A stretch of 64,000 nt of DNA from Octopus bimaculoides. Taxonomy: Eukaryota. This document shows positions 11,955-23,452 of the stretch, one piece after another (the stretch's first letter is position 1; the number at the start of each line of letters is the position of its first letter). The DNA is taken from positions 76,143,066 through 76,207,065 of the forward strand of contig NC_068985.1 in assembly GCF_001194135.2 (NCBI RefSeq), written 5' to 3'. Below the pieces are notes generated by a model. It saw nothing but the letters and a program-made list of their open reading frames with translations, made no database searches and was not told where the DNA came from. The position numbers and the translations under genes were made by a program.

Positions 11955-13100
11955 ATAGTTATGGCCAGTCTATAGAGTTACCCAGGGTTTCATGTGCATA
12001 AAGCGCTTAGCTTTAAGGTGTTTCTTAACACCCTAATGGCTAGTGGCCTTTAACCTCTCTTCAAAGTGGAATGGGAAAAGACCTTATAGCTACTTGTTGA
12101 ACACTTGGACAAAGGGTTAACCAGGAAGGATTGTGTCCCTTAGATCACTATCCCTAAAGAATGTGGTCAGCTTGTGGGTTCCAGGTCTTAGTAGGTTCAT
12201 AGGTACTGATGCATTTTCAACAGACACAAACTAAGAGTCCCTTTTAGTTGTGCCCCCAATGTTAAAAGTATTTTAGTTAACAACCCTAGACCATTAGTGA
12301 AAGTAGGATGCTTATGCAGGGACTACAGCATATCCCCAATGGGAGGCCAATGTGAATCCAAGGGGTTCATTTACAAAGCTAAGGTGGTAACTGACACTAA
12401 TGGCAGCAGCAACTTTCTCAACTACTACTACAGTAGCAGAAATGGCTGTATTAATGGCAGTGGCAACAGCTCTAACAGAAATAGCAGCAGCACCATCGCA
12501 AATGATGATGCTAATAATGATAACAATAGTAACAATGACAACAACAACAACCACCACCAGTATAGTACCAATAACAGCTCCAATTGCAATGACGAGAGCC
12601 ATAGCAGCACCAACAAATCCAGAACCAACACCACCACCGATGATGTCCTCCCCTGTGCCAGTATTAACGATGCCAACACCAACACTAACACTAACAACAC
12701 CAGCACTATCAACAGAAGTTGCAGTGTCAACATCAACAGAAGTAGCATCGCCAGCAGTGATATACAAAGATACATTGGTTGTTTCAGAAACACCTTCAAG
12801 CAGCTCCTTTCTGACCACAGGTCCTCATTCAGGATCCCACAGTGTCAATATGCCACATCTTTTAGCCAGTCATGTGTGGTGCCTGAAAGATGAAGGGACT
12901 CCACATAATCTCATAGAAGATCCTAGATGAACTGGGCCCCTACATCAACAGGAGAAAGTGTTGCAAGATGTACATAGCTGAATGGGTGAGAATATCAAAG
13001 AACTTCCTTGACCCGGGGAACATCTCAAATTCCAGGCCAAAAGTCTTCAGACTCTGTTTACACTTCAGGAGATTTCTATTGAAGTTCTGGAACCCACAAG
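11955..13100 (+). mobile_element. Penelope-like element remnant, GIY-YIG endonuclease region
   Basis: CLCRDYSISPMGGQCESKGFIYKAKV...YIGCFRNTFKQLLSDHRSSF...(frameshift)HVWCLKDEG...PYINRRKCCKM matches the Penelope GIY-YIG pattern. Confidence 0.8.
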
Positions 13101-14048
13101 CTGACCACATAAATTATAGATAGCGATCTAAGGGAGACAATCTCTCACATTTAACCCTTTGTCTTTGTATTCAAGAAGTAATTACAAGGTCTTTTATTGC
13201 TCCACTGTGAANNNNNNNNNNNNNNNNNNNNNNNNNNNNNNNNNNNNNNNNNNNNNNNNNNNNNNNNNNNNNNNNNNNNNNNNNNNNNNNNNNNNNNNNN
13301 NNNNNNNNNNNNNNNNNNNNNNNNNNNNNNNNNNNNNNNNNNNNNNNNNNNNNNNNNNNNNNNNNNNNNNNNNNNNNNNNNNNNNNNNNNNNNNNNNNNN
13401 NNNNNNNNNNNNNNNNNNNNNNNNNNNNNNNNNNNNNNNNNNNNNNNNNNNNNNNNNNNNNNNNNNNNNNNNNNNNNNNNNNNNNNNNNNNNNNNNNNNN
13501 NNNNNNNNNNNNNNNNNNNNNNNNNNNNNNNNNNNNNNNNNNNNNNNNNNNNNNNNNNNNNNNNNNNNNNNNNNNNNNNNNNNNNNNNNNNNNNNNNNNN
13601 NNNNNNNNNNNNNNNNNNNNNNNNNNNNNNNNNNNNNNNNNNNNNNNNNNNNNNNNNNNNNNNNNNNNNNNNNNNNNNNNNNNNNNNNNNNNNNNNNNNN
13701 NNNNNNNNNNNNNNNNNNNNNNNNNNNNNNNNNNNNNNNNNNNNNNNNNNNNNNNNNNNNNNNNNNNNNNNNNNNNNNNNNNNNNNNNNNNNNNNNNNNN
13801 NNNNNNNNNNNNNNNNNNNNNNNNNNNNNNNNNNNNNNNNNNNNNNNNNNNNNNNNNNNNNNNNNNNNNNNNNNNNNNNNNNNNNNNNNNNNNNNNNNNN
13901 NNNNNNNNNNNNNNNNNNNNNNNNNNNNNNNNNNNNNNNNNNNNNNNNNNNNNNNNNNNNNNNNNNNNNNNNNNNNNNNNNNNNNNNNNNNNNNNNNNNN
14001 NNNNNNNNNNNNNNNNNNNNNNNNNNNNNNNNNNNNNNNNNNNNNNNN

Positions 14049-14839
14049 TGAATATATAAAAATTCGGTATATAACTATAGTAAAGTTCATCTTGTTGTTG
14101 GATATATTGGTAGTCCTATGAATCACATCAATGTTTAAAAGTTCATCCACTGCAAATATTTCATCGTTAAATTTAGCTAGAGTTGAGAATATTATATATA
14201 AAAAGTTTTTGTCAGAAGATTCCATTTTAAATTCAATTTTAATTTAATTTAAATATTAAAAAAATTTTTTTTATCACTTATGAAGTAATATAATAGAATC
14301 TAAGTTCAAATTCCTAAGCATTTAGATTAAACATTTATTTTTAATTTTAATTAATATATCTATGAAGGTATTATAGATTGCTATTATTAGAATTCCATTA
14401 AGTGTCTACATTTAACACGCACCTATGTATATATATATGTATATGTGTAGATACTAGATATATATGCGTGTTAAATGTAGACACTTAATAATGGAATTCT
14501 AATAATAGCAATCTATAATACCTTCATAAATATATTAATTAAAATTAAAAATAAATGTTTAATCTAAATGCTTAGGAATTTGAACTTAGATTCTATTATA
14601 TTACTTCATAAGTGATAAAAAAAATTTTTTAATATTTAAATTAAATTAAAATTGAATTTGAAATGGAATCTTCTGACAAAAACTTTTTATATATAATATT
14701 CTCAACTCTAGCTAAATTTAACGATGAAATATTTGCAGTGGATGAACTTTTAAACATTGATGTGATTCATAGGACTACCAATATATCCAACAACAAGATG
14801 AACTTTACTATAGTTATATACCGAATTTTTATATATTCA
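14049..14839. repeat. Near-perfect AT-rich palindrome, arms 14049-14421 and 14465-14839, 43-bp spacer
   Basis: Arms are reverse complements (same 59-aa translation appears on both strands in the ORF track); left arm cut by gap 13212-14048. Confidence 0.95.
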
Positions 14840-15061
14840 GAAAAACATACTAATTTTTATAAAAAAATATATATCATTTAAAATTTCCACAAACGAAAAA
14901 AAATGAACTTTCCAAATTATAGGAGGATTACTTTTACAATTTCTTTAAAGGACAGTATGCATTTTAATATTTTCAATATTTTTAATATTTTTTAATATTT
15001 TAATTAATATCACCTTATTATATACACCATTCGTTCTTAACACATATATTATAACTCCATT

Positions 15062-15149
15062 CATCTCTGAAGAGCAGAATTATTGCCAGTATGCTTATCT
15101 TTTGATTACATTTTGGTTGCAATAATGTCCGTGAAACGATCGTCAGATG
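15062..15149 (+). ncRNA. Type-I hammerhead ribozyme candidate with long helix II
   Basis: CATCT-CTGAAGA-[helix II GCAGAATTATTGC...GCAATAATGTCCGT]-GAA-ACGATCGT-C-AGATG; intact CUGANGA/GAAA core, GUC cleavage triplet, 5-bp helix I. Confidence 0.75.
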
Positions 15150-15444
15150 TTTTTTAATTTTTTTAATTTTTAGACTTTATAATATTTATGCTCAATTACG
15201 CATAAATTTTTATATGCATTTATATACACATGTATCTTTATGTACATTTATATTTTTATATATATTTATATTTATATTTCATATATCTTAAATTTTAATT
15301 TAATTTGGGGCTGTACCAGGTTCCGATATGATTTAGTAAGGTTTCTACAGCTGGATGCCCTTCCTGATGTCAACCACTCTGAGACTGTAGTGGATGTCTT
15401 TTTGTCACATTGTCTTCTGTGCATGTGTGCTTGTAGTTGGTACT

Positions 15445-15990
15445 ATTGTGGTCATGTGATCGAAGTTTGACCCTGATCATGCCATTTTTCTTTCTGGCTT
15501 TACTGTGTAAGCATGGCCACTCCACTAGCAATGTGCACCAAAGAAGAACAAAGAGCAATGATCTGATTTCTCTAGAAAAGGTGTGTATGAGCAACAGTGC
15601 AAATTACAGTGCTTTGCTGGTCAATAAACTGAAGCCAGCTATTCGCACCAAATGCCAAAGCCCATTGTCGAAGAAAGTTTTTGTTGTTGCATGACAATGA
15701 ACTCCCACACATAGCCCCCATCTACCCAGACTGTTGAAACCATTAACCAAATGGGTTTTGAGGTGCTGGAATACCCTGCCTACAGCCCAGATCTTGACCC
15801 TTCTGACTATCATATCTTTGGACTGCTCAAAGATAGTTTATGAAGTCGTTGGTTTCCTATGGATGAAGATGTGAAGGAAACAGGGCATAAATGATTGGAC
15901 AACCAACCAAAAACCTTCTTCTTGGAGGGAATATGCAAGCTTATGAACTGCTAAATCAAGTGCATCGAAAAGGAAAGAGACTAACAGAAA
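15445..15990 (+). mobile_element. Internally deleted mariner element
   Basis: TKEEQRAMI N-terminal piece joined to VLLLHDN...EVLEYPAYSPDLDPSDYHIFG...KCIEKERD. Confidence 0.8.
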
Positions 15991-16576
15991 ACTGATCACC
16001 AGAAAATTGATCCTGTTTCAATTTCGCCAGTTATATTTTCTGAAATGGCCATAGGTTTTTAACTGATTTTTACTGTTCATGGTTTTTAACTGACTTTTAC
16101 CTTAATGATATCTCGTTATTACTGAACTCTATTTATTCCTCCTTGAATACATGTATCCACGCATGCATACACAGTTTTTATGTTCTTATATCTTACTTCA
16201 TTTACATTTTATATCTTTTTTTTTTAATTATATTTTTTATTGTATTTTATTATTTTTTATTATTTGAATTTTTAATATAAACCTGTATCCCATCCAAGAG
16301 GGAGAGAGTGAAAGAGAGAGAGGTTTCTTTTCAATTACGCTGTTTATTTTGGAAGACAAAAGAGGAAGAAGAAAAAACCATGTTATTAACACTGGAACTA
16401 CATTCAGAAATAACAGTAACAGTATAAATGTTTCTTCATCCATCATCATTACTATTAATAAAAAAATAATAAATTAAAATGACCATAAAGCTCTCTTTGC
16501 TAAAAACGTCATATAAAAAAACAAGGAAATGCTCTGTTTTTATGCTTCACTACCTCAACCCATGTCTTCTTGGATG

Positions 16577-18345
16577 AGAAGGGCTGTGTGAAGAAGTGCC
16601 ACTCCCAAACAGTGGAAGGAATCCGGAGTAGAGGGAGACCCAAGAAGACCTGGGCCTTAGAGTCAACTTAGCTAAAACCAAAGTCTTATTAAGTAGGAAA
16701 GCAGACAAACCACAAATTCCTTCAGGTAGATGGTCCTGCTTGATCTGTAGAAAAGGCATAGGTAGAAACTCCATAAGATGTACCCAGTGTAAGCTATGGA
16801 CACATAAAAGGTGCAGCAATATCAAAGGAAGATTAACCGGGAAGATAGCTTTCGTGTGAGGCAGATGCACAGGTACAATAAACACCACAGATGCTCAGAA
16901 AACAGATTCCATCGTTTTTGTATGTGACAAATGCTCAGGTGCTATAAACACTGAAAATGTGCAGAGAACAGCTTCTGTCATATTCCAGGGAGAAAAACTT
17001 GAAGTAGCTGATGTCTTCTGTTACCGAGGAGACCAACTCAGTAGTGGGGGTGGATGCTCTGAAAGTGTTGCTGCTAGAATAAGAATAGCCTGGGCAAAGT
17101 TCAGAGAGCTCCTACCTCTGCTGGTGACAAAGGGCCTCTCACTCAGAGTAAAAGGTAGACTGTATGACACATGTGTATGAACAGCCATGCTACATGGCAG
17201 TGAAACATGGGCTGTGACTACTGAGGACATGTGTAAGCTTGCAACGAATGAAGCCAGTATGCTCTGCTGGATATGTAATGTCAGTGTGCATACTAGACAG
17301 AGTGTAAGTACCTTGAGAGAACAGTTGGACCTAAGAAGCAAGAGAGACGACTGCACTGGTATGGTCATGTGTTGTGAATGAAGGAGGACAGCTGTGTGAA
17401 AAAGTGTCACACCCTAGCAGTTGAGGGAACCTGTGGAAGAGGTAGACCCAGAAAGACCTGGGATGAGGTGGTGAAGCACGACCTTCGAACATTGGGCCTC
17501 ATCGAGGCAATGACTAGTGACCGAGACCTTTGGAGATATACTGTGCTTGAGAAGATCTGACAAGCCAAGTGAGACCCTAACCTGTGGCCTTTGCCAGTGG
17601 GTGTAACCAGCCCACTTACGAATACCCCTCATTCATTGGACAATAAACTTTGCTTGCGAAGACCTATTGAGGCAAGTGAAATCAGAGTCAAAATCGCTGA
17701 TGTGGCTGATGACAGTACCGCATGATTGGCATTCATTCCAGTGGAATGTTAAAAGCACGTCCGAGCATGGAGTGTAACCACCCCACTTATGAGTACCCCT
17801 CATTCTTTGGACGATAAACTTTGCTTGAGAAGACCTATTGAGGCAAGTGAAATCAAATCAAAATCGCTGATATGGCCAATGACAGTACCGCCTGATTGGC
17901 ACTTATGCCAATGGAATGTTAAAAGCACATCCAAGCATGATTGTTGCCAAGCCACGGATTGGCTCCCATGCTGCTGGCATGTAAAAAGCACCATTAGAGC
18001 GTGATTGTTGCCAGCGTCACCTTACTAGCACATGTGCCAGTGACACGTGAAAAACAACATTCAAGCATGGTCGTTGCCAGTGCCACCGGACTGGCTCCCA
18101 TGCAGGTAGCATGTAAAAAACACCTTTTGAGCATGGTTGTTGCCAGAACCGCCTGACTGGCCCACGTGCTGGTGGCACGCAAAAGCACCCACTACACTCT
18201 CGGAGTAGTTGGCGTTAGGAAGGGCAGCCAGCTGTAGATTGAGCCTGGTGCAGCCATCTGGTTCACCAGTCCTCAGTCAAATCGTCCAACCCATGCCAGC
18301 ATGGAAAGCGGACGTTAAATGACGATGATGATGATGTTGATGATA
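16577..18345 (+). mobile_element. Mosaic RTE LINE copy (RT C-terminus with PHD-like finger, 3' UTR with duplication and tandem array, (GAT)n tail)
   Basis: GLRVNLAKTKV...CLICRKG...CTQC...HKRC...LHGSETW...GRGRPRKTW...EKI*, then 3' UTR. Confidence 0.92.
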
Positions 18346-18496
18346 TATATACATATATTATCATCATCATCATAGTTTAACGTCTGCTTTCCAAGCTGGC
18401 ATGATTTGGACGGTTTGACTGAGGTCTGGCGAGCCAGAAAGCTGCACCAGGCTCCAATCTGATTTGGCAAAGTTTCTACAGCTGGATGTCTTATAC

Positions 18497-18532
<36 letters not shown>

Positions 18533-19690
18533 GTGGTAAACCTGTTTGTTGCTCTAACTCTATTGCAAGCATTCATTCCATAGTAGGTACCTAGTGTGAA
18601 AATAACAAGATCTAACACCCCTTTCTGCTACCAGTCTTCGAGGTATTGCATATAGGTAACAAGTGCTTCTCTTCCACCATTGATGAAACAAAAGAGACTT
18701 GATAATGATTTAGTCTGTAAATTTTGTTGCTATCATTTTTATGCTTAGTATCAATTTTTATCATCATCACAATCACAGTTTTTACTGTTGCTGTTTCCAT
18801 TCTAACATGGATTGAATAAGACTTGTTGGTGCTAGACACCCTTCCTACCACTATCACTTGTTTTTTTGAGTAAGCTATCTTAAAACCTATGAAGTCCACC
18901 TAGGCAGGTAAGGAACACACTGTCCACAGGAGATGGAAACAATGCTATCATTTTTGTCTCTCAGTGTTGATGCTAAGAGAAATGGAAACGCACTCCATCT
19001 CTCTCTCTCTCTCTCTATCGCTTTCTCTCTCTTACACTCACACACAATTACATAAACATACACCCAGAAAAATATGTTATACACATACACGCATATCATC
19101 ATCTTCATTATCATCATCATTTAACATTCACGTTCCATGATGGCATGACTTGAACAGTTTGATAGGATTCAGTGGGATCAAGGACTGCAATAAGCTTCAG
19201 TGCCTGGTTTGGCATGGTTTCTCTGGTTGGATGGGTCTTCCTAATGCCAACCATTTTATAGCTCAGATATACATACAGACAAAACCAGGAAAGAAAAAGC
19301 TGATTTAAAGACAAAAGGTTCAAGCCATAATGGGAACTGTTAAAATTTGTAGAATTTTCACCTAAGTATGTATTCGCATGTCTAGAAATGCAACTATATG
19401 CATAAGAATACATACATAAAACAATACATACAACAAATCTATACTGGCACTGACTCCAAATACTGCACATATGCATACATACATGCAAAAATACCCTGTT
19501 GATGTTGCTGAAATTCCAATGAATGAACCTTAGATCTAGGTTAAAAGCCAACTCTTTCTCTATTAGCAAGTAATCTTGAATTCAACTGAATAATGACATA
19601 CATACATACATACATGCATTCATACATACATACATACATACATACATACATACATACATACATACATACATACATACATACATACATACA

Positions 19691-20082
19691 TTGTTGTTGT
19701 TGGTTGGCACTCCGTCGCTTACAACGACGTGGGTTCCAGTCGATCCGATCAATGGAACAGCCTGCTCATGAAATTAACGTGCAAGTGGCTGAGCACTCCA
19801 CAGACACGTGTACCCTTAATGTAGTTCTCGGGGATATTCAGCGTGACACAGAGTGTGACAAGGCTGACCCTTTCAATTACAGGCACAACAGAAACAGGAA
19901 GTAAGAGTGAGAGAAAGTTGTAGTGAAAGAGTACAGCAGGGTTCGCCACCATCCCCTGCCGGAGCCTTGTGGAGATTTAGGTGTTTTCGCTCAATAAACA
20001 CTCACAACGCCCGGTCTGGGAATCGAAACTGCGATCCTATGACCGTGAGTCCGCTGTCCTAACCACTGGGCCATTGCGCCTC
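19691..20082 (-). mobile_element. Full-length tRNA-derived SINE (head 1 + tail X, (CAA)n end) inside a (TACA)n microsatellite
   Basis: Minus strand starts GAGGCGCAATGGCCCAGTGGTTAGG...GTTTCGATTCCC (A/B boxes); (TACA)n on both flanks. Confidence 0.88.
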
Positions 20083-20236
20083 CTAAATACATACATACAT
20101 ACATACATACATACATACATACATACATCGACTTTCATAGTGAGCAGATATTTATATATATCCACTTCCTTTATTTCAAATTTTGCTACACACAAAATAT
20201 GTTAATCATATAAATTGCATAAATTATATATTCCAG

Positions 20237-20388
20237 GGTGATTACGATGCTGGTTATATATATGAATGCGCATTTCCAGGTGAGGGTGATCCTCAGAGAG
20301 CTATTTCTGACAGTGATCCAGCAACCCCAATCAGAGCTGTTGCTGTTGTGAACAATAATAATGCAGGAATTACAATAATGAAGTTTTG
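20237..20388 (+). CDS. CFAP44: CFAP44 exon 4, GDYDAGYIYECAFPGEG...AGITIMKF
   Basis: ccAG/GTaagg, 152 nt, phase 0-2; matches the GGYDSGFLYHCEFP-type motif. Confidence 0.95.
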
Positions 20389-20771
20389 GTAAGGTTATCC
20401 ATTTTAATTGCCTTCTTATCAAAGTATTCCAAGACTGAGTGTCTATAATATAAAATTTACAAGATTTAAGGATCTTTGACCCTTACATTCTCCTCTGCTG
20501 TTCTTTCCAGAAAAGTAAACTACTGAGTTTATCAGTTTGAAAGGGTTGGTTAATATTTTATGAATTGGAGATCTAGCACTTTCATATATTGAATCAACAT
20601 TGTGTTGTTGATGCCATTGTTTAGGCTGAGATCAATTCTGATAACAAAAGATTTAAGATCAAAGGCATTCAAGAGGTGAACATCTCATGTGTTTTTAGGA
20701 ACAAGCATGAATACAAGATTTCTATGGATCTTCTTTTCACCTTGGTAGTGATGGACACTGTTGAAGCTTGC

Positions 20772-20802
<31 letters not shown>

Positions 20803-21993
20803 AAAACAAAAGTGGGGTTCAAAATTCACAAAAGCTGTTTGGACAGCATTTTATGAATGCATTCTAGATTACATCATGTAAACGTATAAACAAGTAAAGA
20901 AGAAATAAAAAAAAGTTTCCAGTTCACCAACAATCATGGTGGAACACTTGTTTCGTGACGTTTAGCATGTTGGGTAAGTGTTCTGAGCTATAGCTGGGAA
21001 ATGACCAAAGCTCTGTGAGTGGATGGATTTAGTAGACAGAAACTCTGTGTGTGTGTGTGTGTGTGTCTGTGTGTGTGTGTGTGTGTCCTTGTTTTGACAT
21101 TGCATGGTTGTTGTAAATGAATGTCATTCACTTTCTATATTCTACTAAAACATGTCTAATCATGAGGAAATATTAGCTTGCTTGGTAAAAGATTAGTGTT
21201 GGCAACAGGAGAGGCATTTTGGTTTAGAAAATCTACTTCAATATGCTCCATCCAACCCATGCAAGCATGGGTATGTGGATGTTAAAACGATGATCATGAT
21301 GTACGTGTGTGTTTCTATGCATATGTTTGCAAGTGTGTGTGTGTGTGTGTGTGCATTTGAGTGTTTAATTACACTTTTGTAAATGTCTAGTTGCATGGGT
21401 TTAAATTAGTGTCCCCATAATGCAATCTATATTATAAAAGTCAAGCTGATCTTCATCTGTTTGTCCATCACAGCATATATATAGAATGAGGGAAGAAGAG
21501 AAGGAATCAAAAGGGGAGTTAACTCTTGTTGCAACATACATTTAGAAGGAGGGAAGAAGGAGAAAAAGTTGTTGTTGGAATAGAAATATGGTGAGAGAGA
21601 GAGGGGGGGGGGGGAGAAAGGATGTGAAAGATAGATAGATTGGTAGTGTTGTCACCATAGTAACAAGTTTTGATGAAAAACAATAATTTCAAGTGCATGT
21701 CTGTCAACAAGACAACACAGACTTAAAAAAAAACACTCATTATATAACAGTCCACTATTAACTGGCCACACCATACAAGGCCATGGGATTTCTGAGGCAC
21801 ACTTATATATACATGAAAGCACCTTCTCCAAAGATTAATGTAAATTCATTGCCATAGTGCATTCTACCATTGGAAATAAATGTAAAATTGTTTAAGAATG
21901 CTATAGTATAATTGTTAATGTGAAAGCTTCTTGCAAACAAATAATTTTTTAGAGCATTTAAGCTAGAAAATATAATGCCAGTTTTTTAAAATA

Positions 21994-23018
21994 TCATCAT
22001 CATCATCATCGTTTAACATTCACTTTCCATGCTAGCATGGGTTGGACAATTTGACTGAGGACTGGCAAACCAGATGGCTGTACCAGGCTCCAATCTGATC
22101 TGGCAGAGTTTCTTCAGCTGGATGCCCTTCCTAATGCCAACCACTCCAAGAGTGTAGTGGGTGCTTTTACGTGCCACCAGCACGAGGCCCAGTCAGGCGG
22201 TACTGGCAATGGCCACACTCAAATGGTGTTTTTTATGTGCCACCTGCACAGGAGCCAGTCCAGCAGCACTGGCAATCACCTCACTCGAATGTTTTGTTCA
22301 CATGCCACTGGCACAAGTGCCAGTAAGGCGACTCTGGTAACGATCATGCTTAAATGGTGCTTTTTATGTGCCACCGGCATGGAAGCCAGACAGCTGCTCT
22401 GGCAATGATCATGCTCGGATAGTGCTGTTATCGCTCCACTGGTATGGGTGCCAGTCATCGAATTTGGCTTAATTTCGATTTCACTTGCCCCAACAGGTCT
22501 TCACAAACAGAGTTTAGTGTCCAATGAAAGAAAGCTTGGCATGGGTGCCAGTCGTCAAATTTGGTTCGATTTCGATATGTAATGTGAAAAGCAATTGTTC
22601 TTTCTCATATTTGGTTATTAATTGCACATATTCAAGAAGACCCATACTCTACAGTAGAAGTGTTTAGTCTGGTCCCTCTGGTAGCATAAAGCTCTTGTGG
22701 TGGTGCCACATAAAAGTGCCCATGCAGTGTCACTTTAATGCACCCATGTGGTGTCATGTAAAAGCACCTGTGTGGTGCCACATAAAAGCACCCATACGTC
22801 ACCATGTAAAAGCACCCATTGTGTTGCCATATAAGAGCACCCAATTCATTCTGTAAGGTGCTTGGCATTAGAAAGGGCATCCAGCTATAGAAACCATGCC
22901 AAATCAGATTGGAGTCTAGTGCAGCTCTCTAGCTTGACAGCTGTGGTCAAACATTCCAACCCATGCCAGCATGGACAACGAATAGTAAATGATGATGATG
23001 AGGATGATGATGATGATG
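21994..23018. mobile_element. Two RTE 3'-end copies in opposite orientation (- ~21994-22545, + ~22690-23018)
   Basis: Family terminus with (CAT)n/(GAT)n tails; the + copy starts with ~24-bp GTGCCACATAAAAGCACCCAT-like tandem units. Confidence 0.8.
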
Positions 23019-23091
23019 ATATATATGTATATACATATATACATACATATACATATATACATGCATACATACATACATACATACATTTAGA

Positions 23092-23452
23092 GGTACAGGC
23101 GTGACTGTGTGGTAAGAAGCTTGCTTCCCAACCACATGGTTCTGAGTTCAGTCTCACTGCATGACAACCAAAGCCTTGTGAGTGGATTTAGTAGACAGAA
23201 ACTGAAAGAAGCCCATCATATATATATATGTACATATATGTATATGTTTGTGTTTGTCCCCCCACCATCACTTGATAACCAATGCTGGTGTGTTTATGTC
23301 CCCATAACTTAGTAGTTCGGCAAAAAGATACTGATAGAATAAGTACTAGGCTTACAAAGAATAAGTCCTGTGGTCGATTTCTCCAACTAAAGACGGTGTT
23401 CCAGCATGGCCACAGTAAAATGACTGAAGCAAGTAAAAGAGTAAAAGAATAA
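23092..23452 (+). mobile_element. Full-length SINE with a central TA/TG microsatellite (fragments also at ~1680, 9770, 10645, 20990, 39900-40520, 46640, 49390, 54800, 60850, 63430)
   Basis: tRNA-like head GTGTGGTAAGAAGCTTGCTTCCCAACCACATGGTTCTGAGTTCAGTC, microsatellite core, tail ending AAGTAAAAGAGTAAAAGAATA. Confidence 0.82.

Noticed and set aside
12312-12930. Overlapping mucin-like or hydrophobic ORFs on both strands
   Set aside because: Alternative-frame readings of the low-complexity insert in the Penelope GIY-YIG remnant
13040-13056. Minus-strand CTGAAGA near the Penelope remnant as a hammerhead core
   Set aside because: No helix II or GAAA follows
14049-15300. Possible mitochondrial insertion (NUMT) or viral terminal hairpin
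   Set aside because: No recognisable mitochondrial tRNA, rRNA or protein and no viral gene; AT-richness alone is insufficient, though a BLAST would be needed to exclude it fully
21428-21470. Helitron-like 5' end ATCTATATTATAAAAG
   Set aside because: No matching 3' hairpin/CTRR end found
22695-22845. CRISPR-like run of ~24-bp units
   Set aside because: Units are contiguous and mutually similar with no unique spacers; they derive from the RTE 3' UTR motif; eukaryotic context with no cas genes
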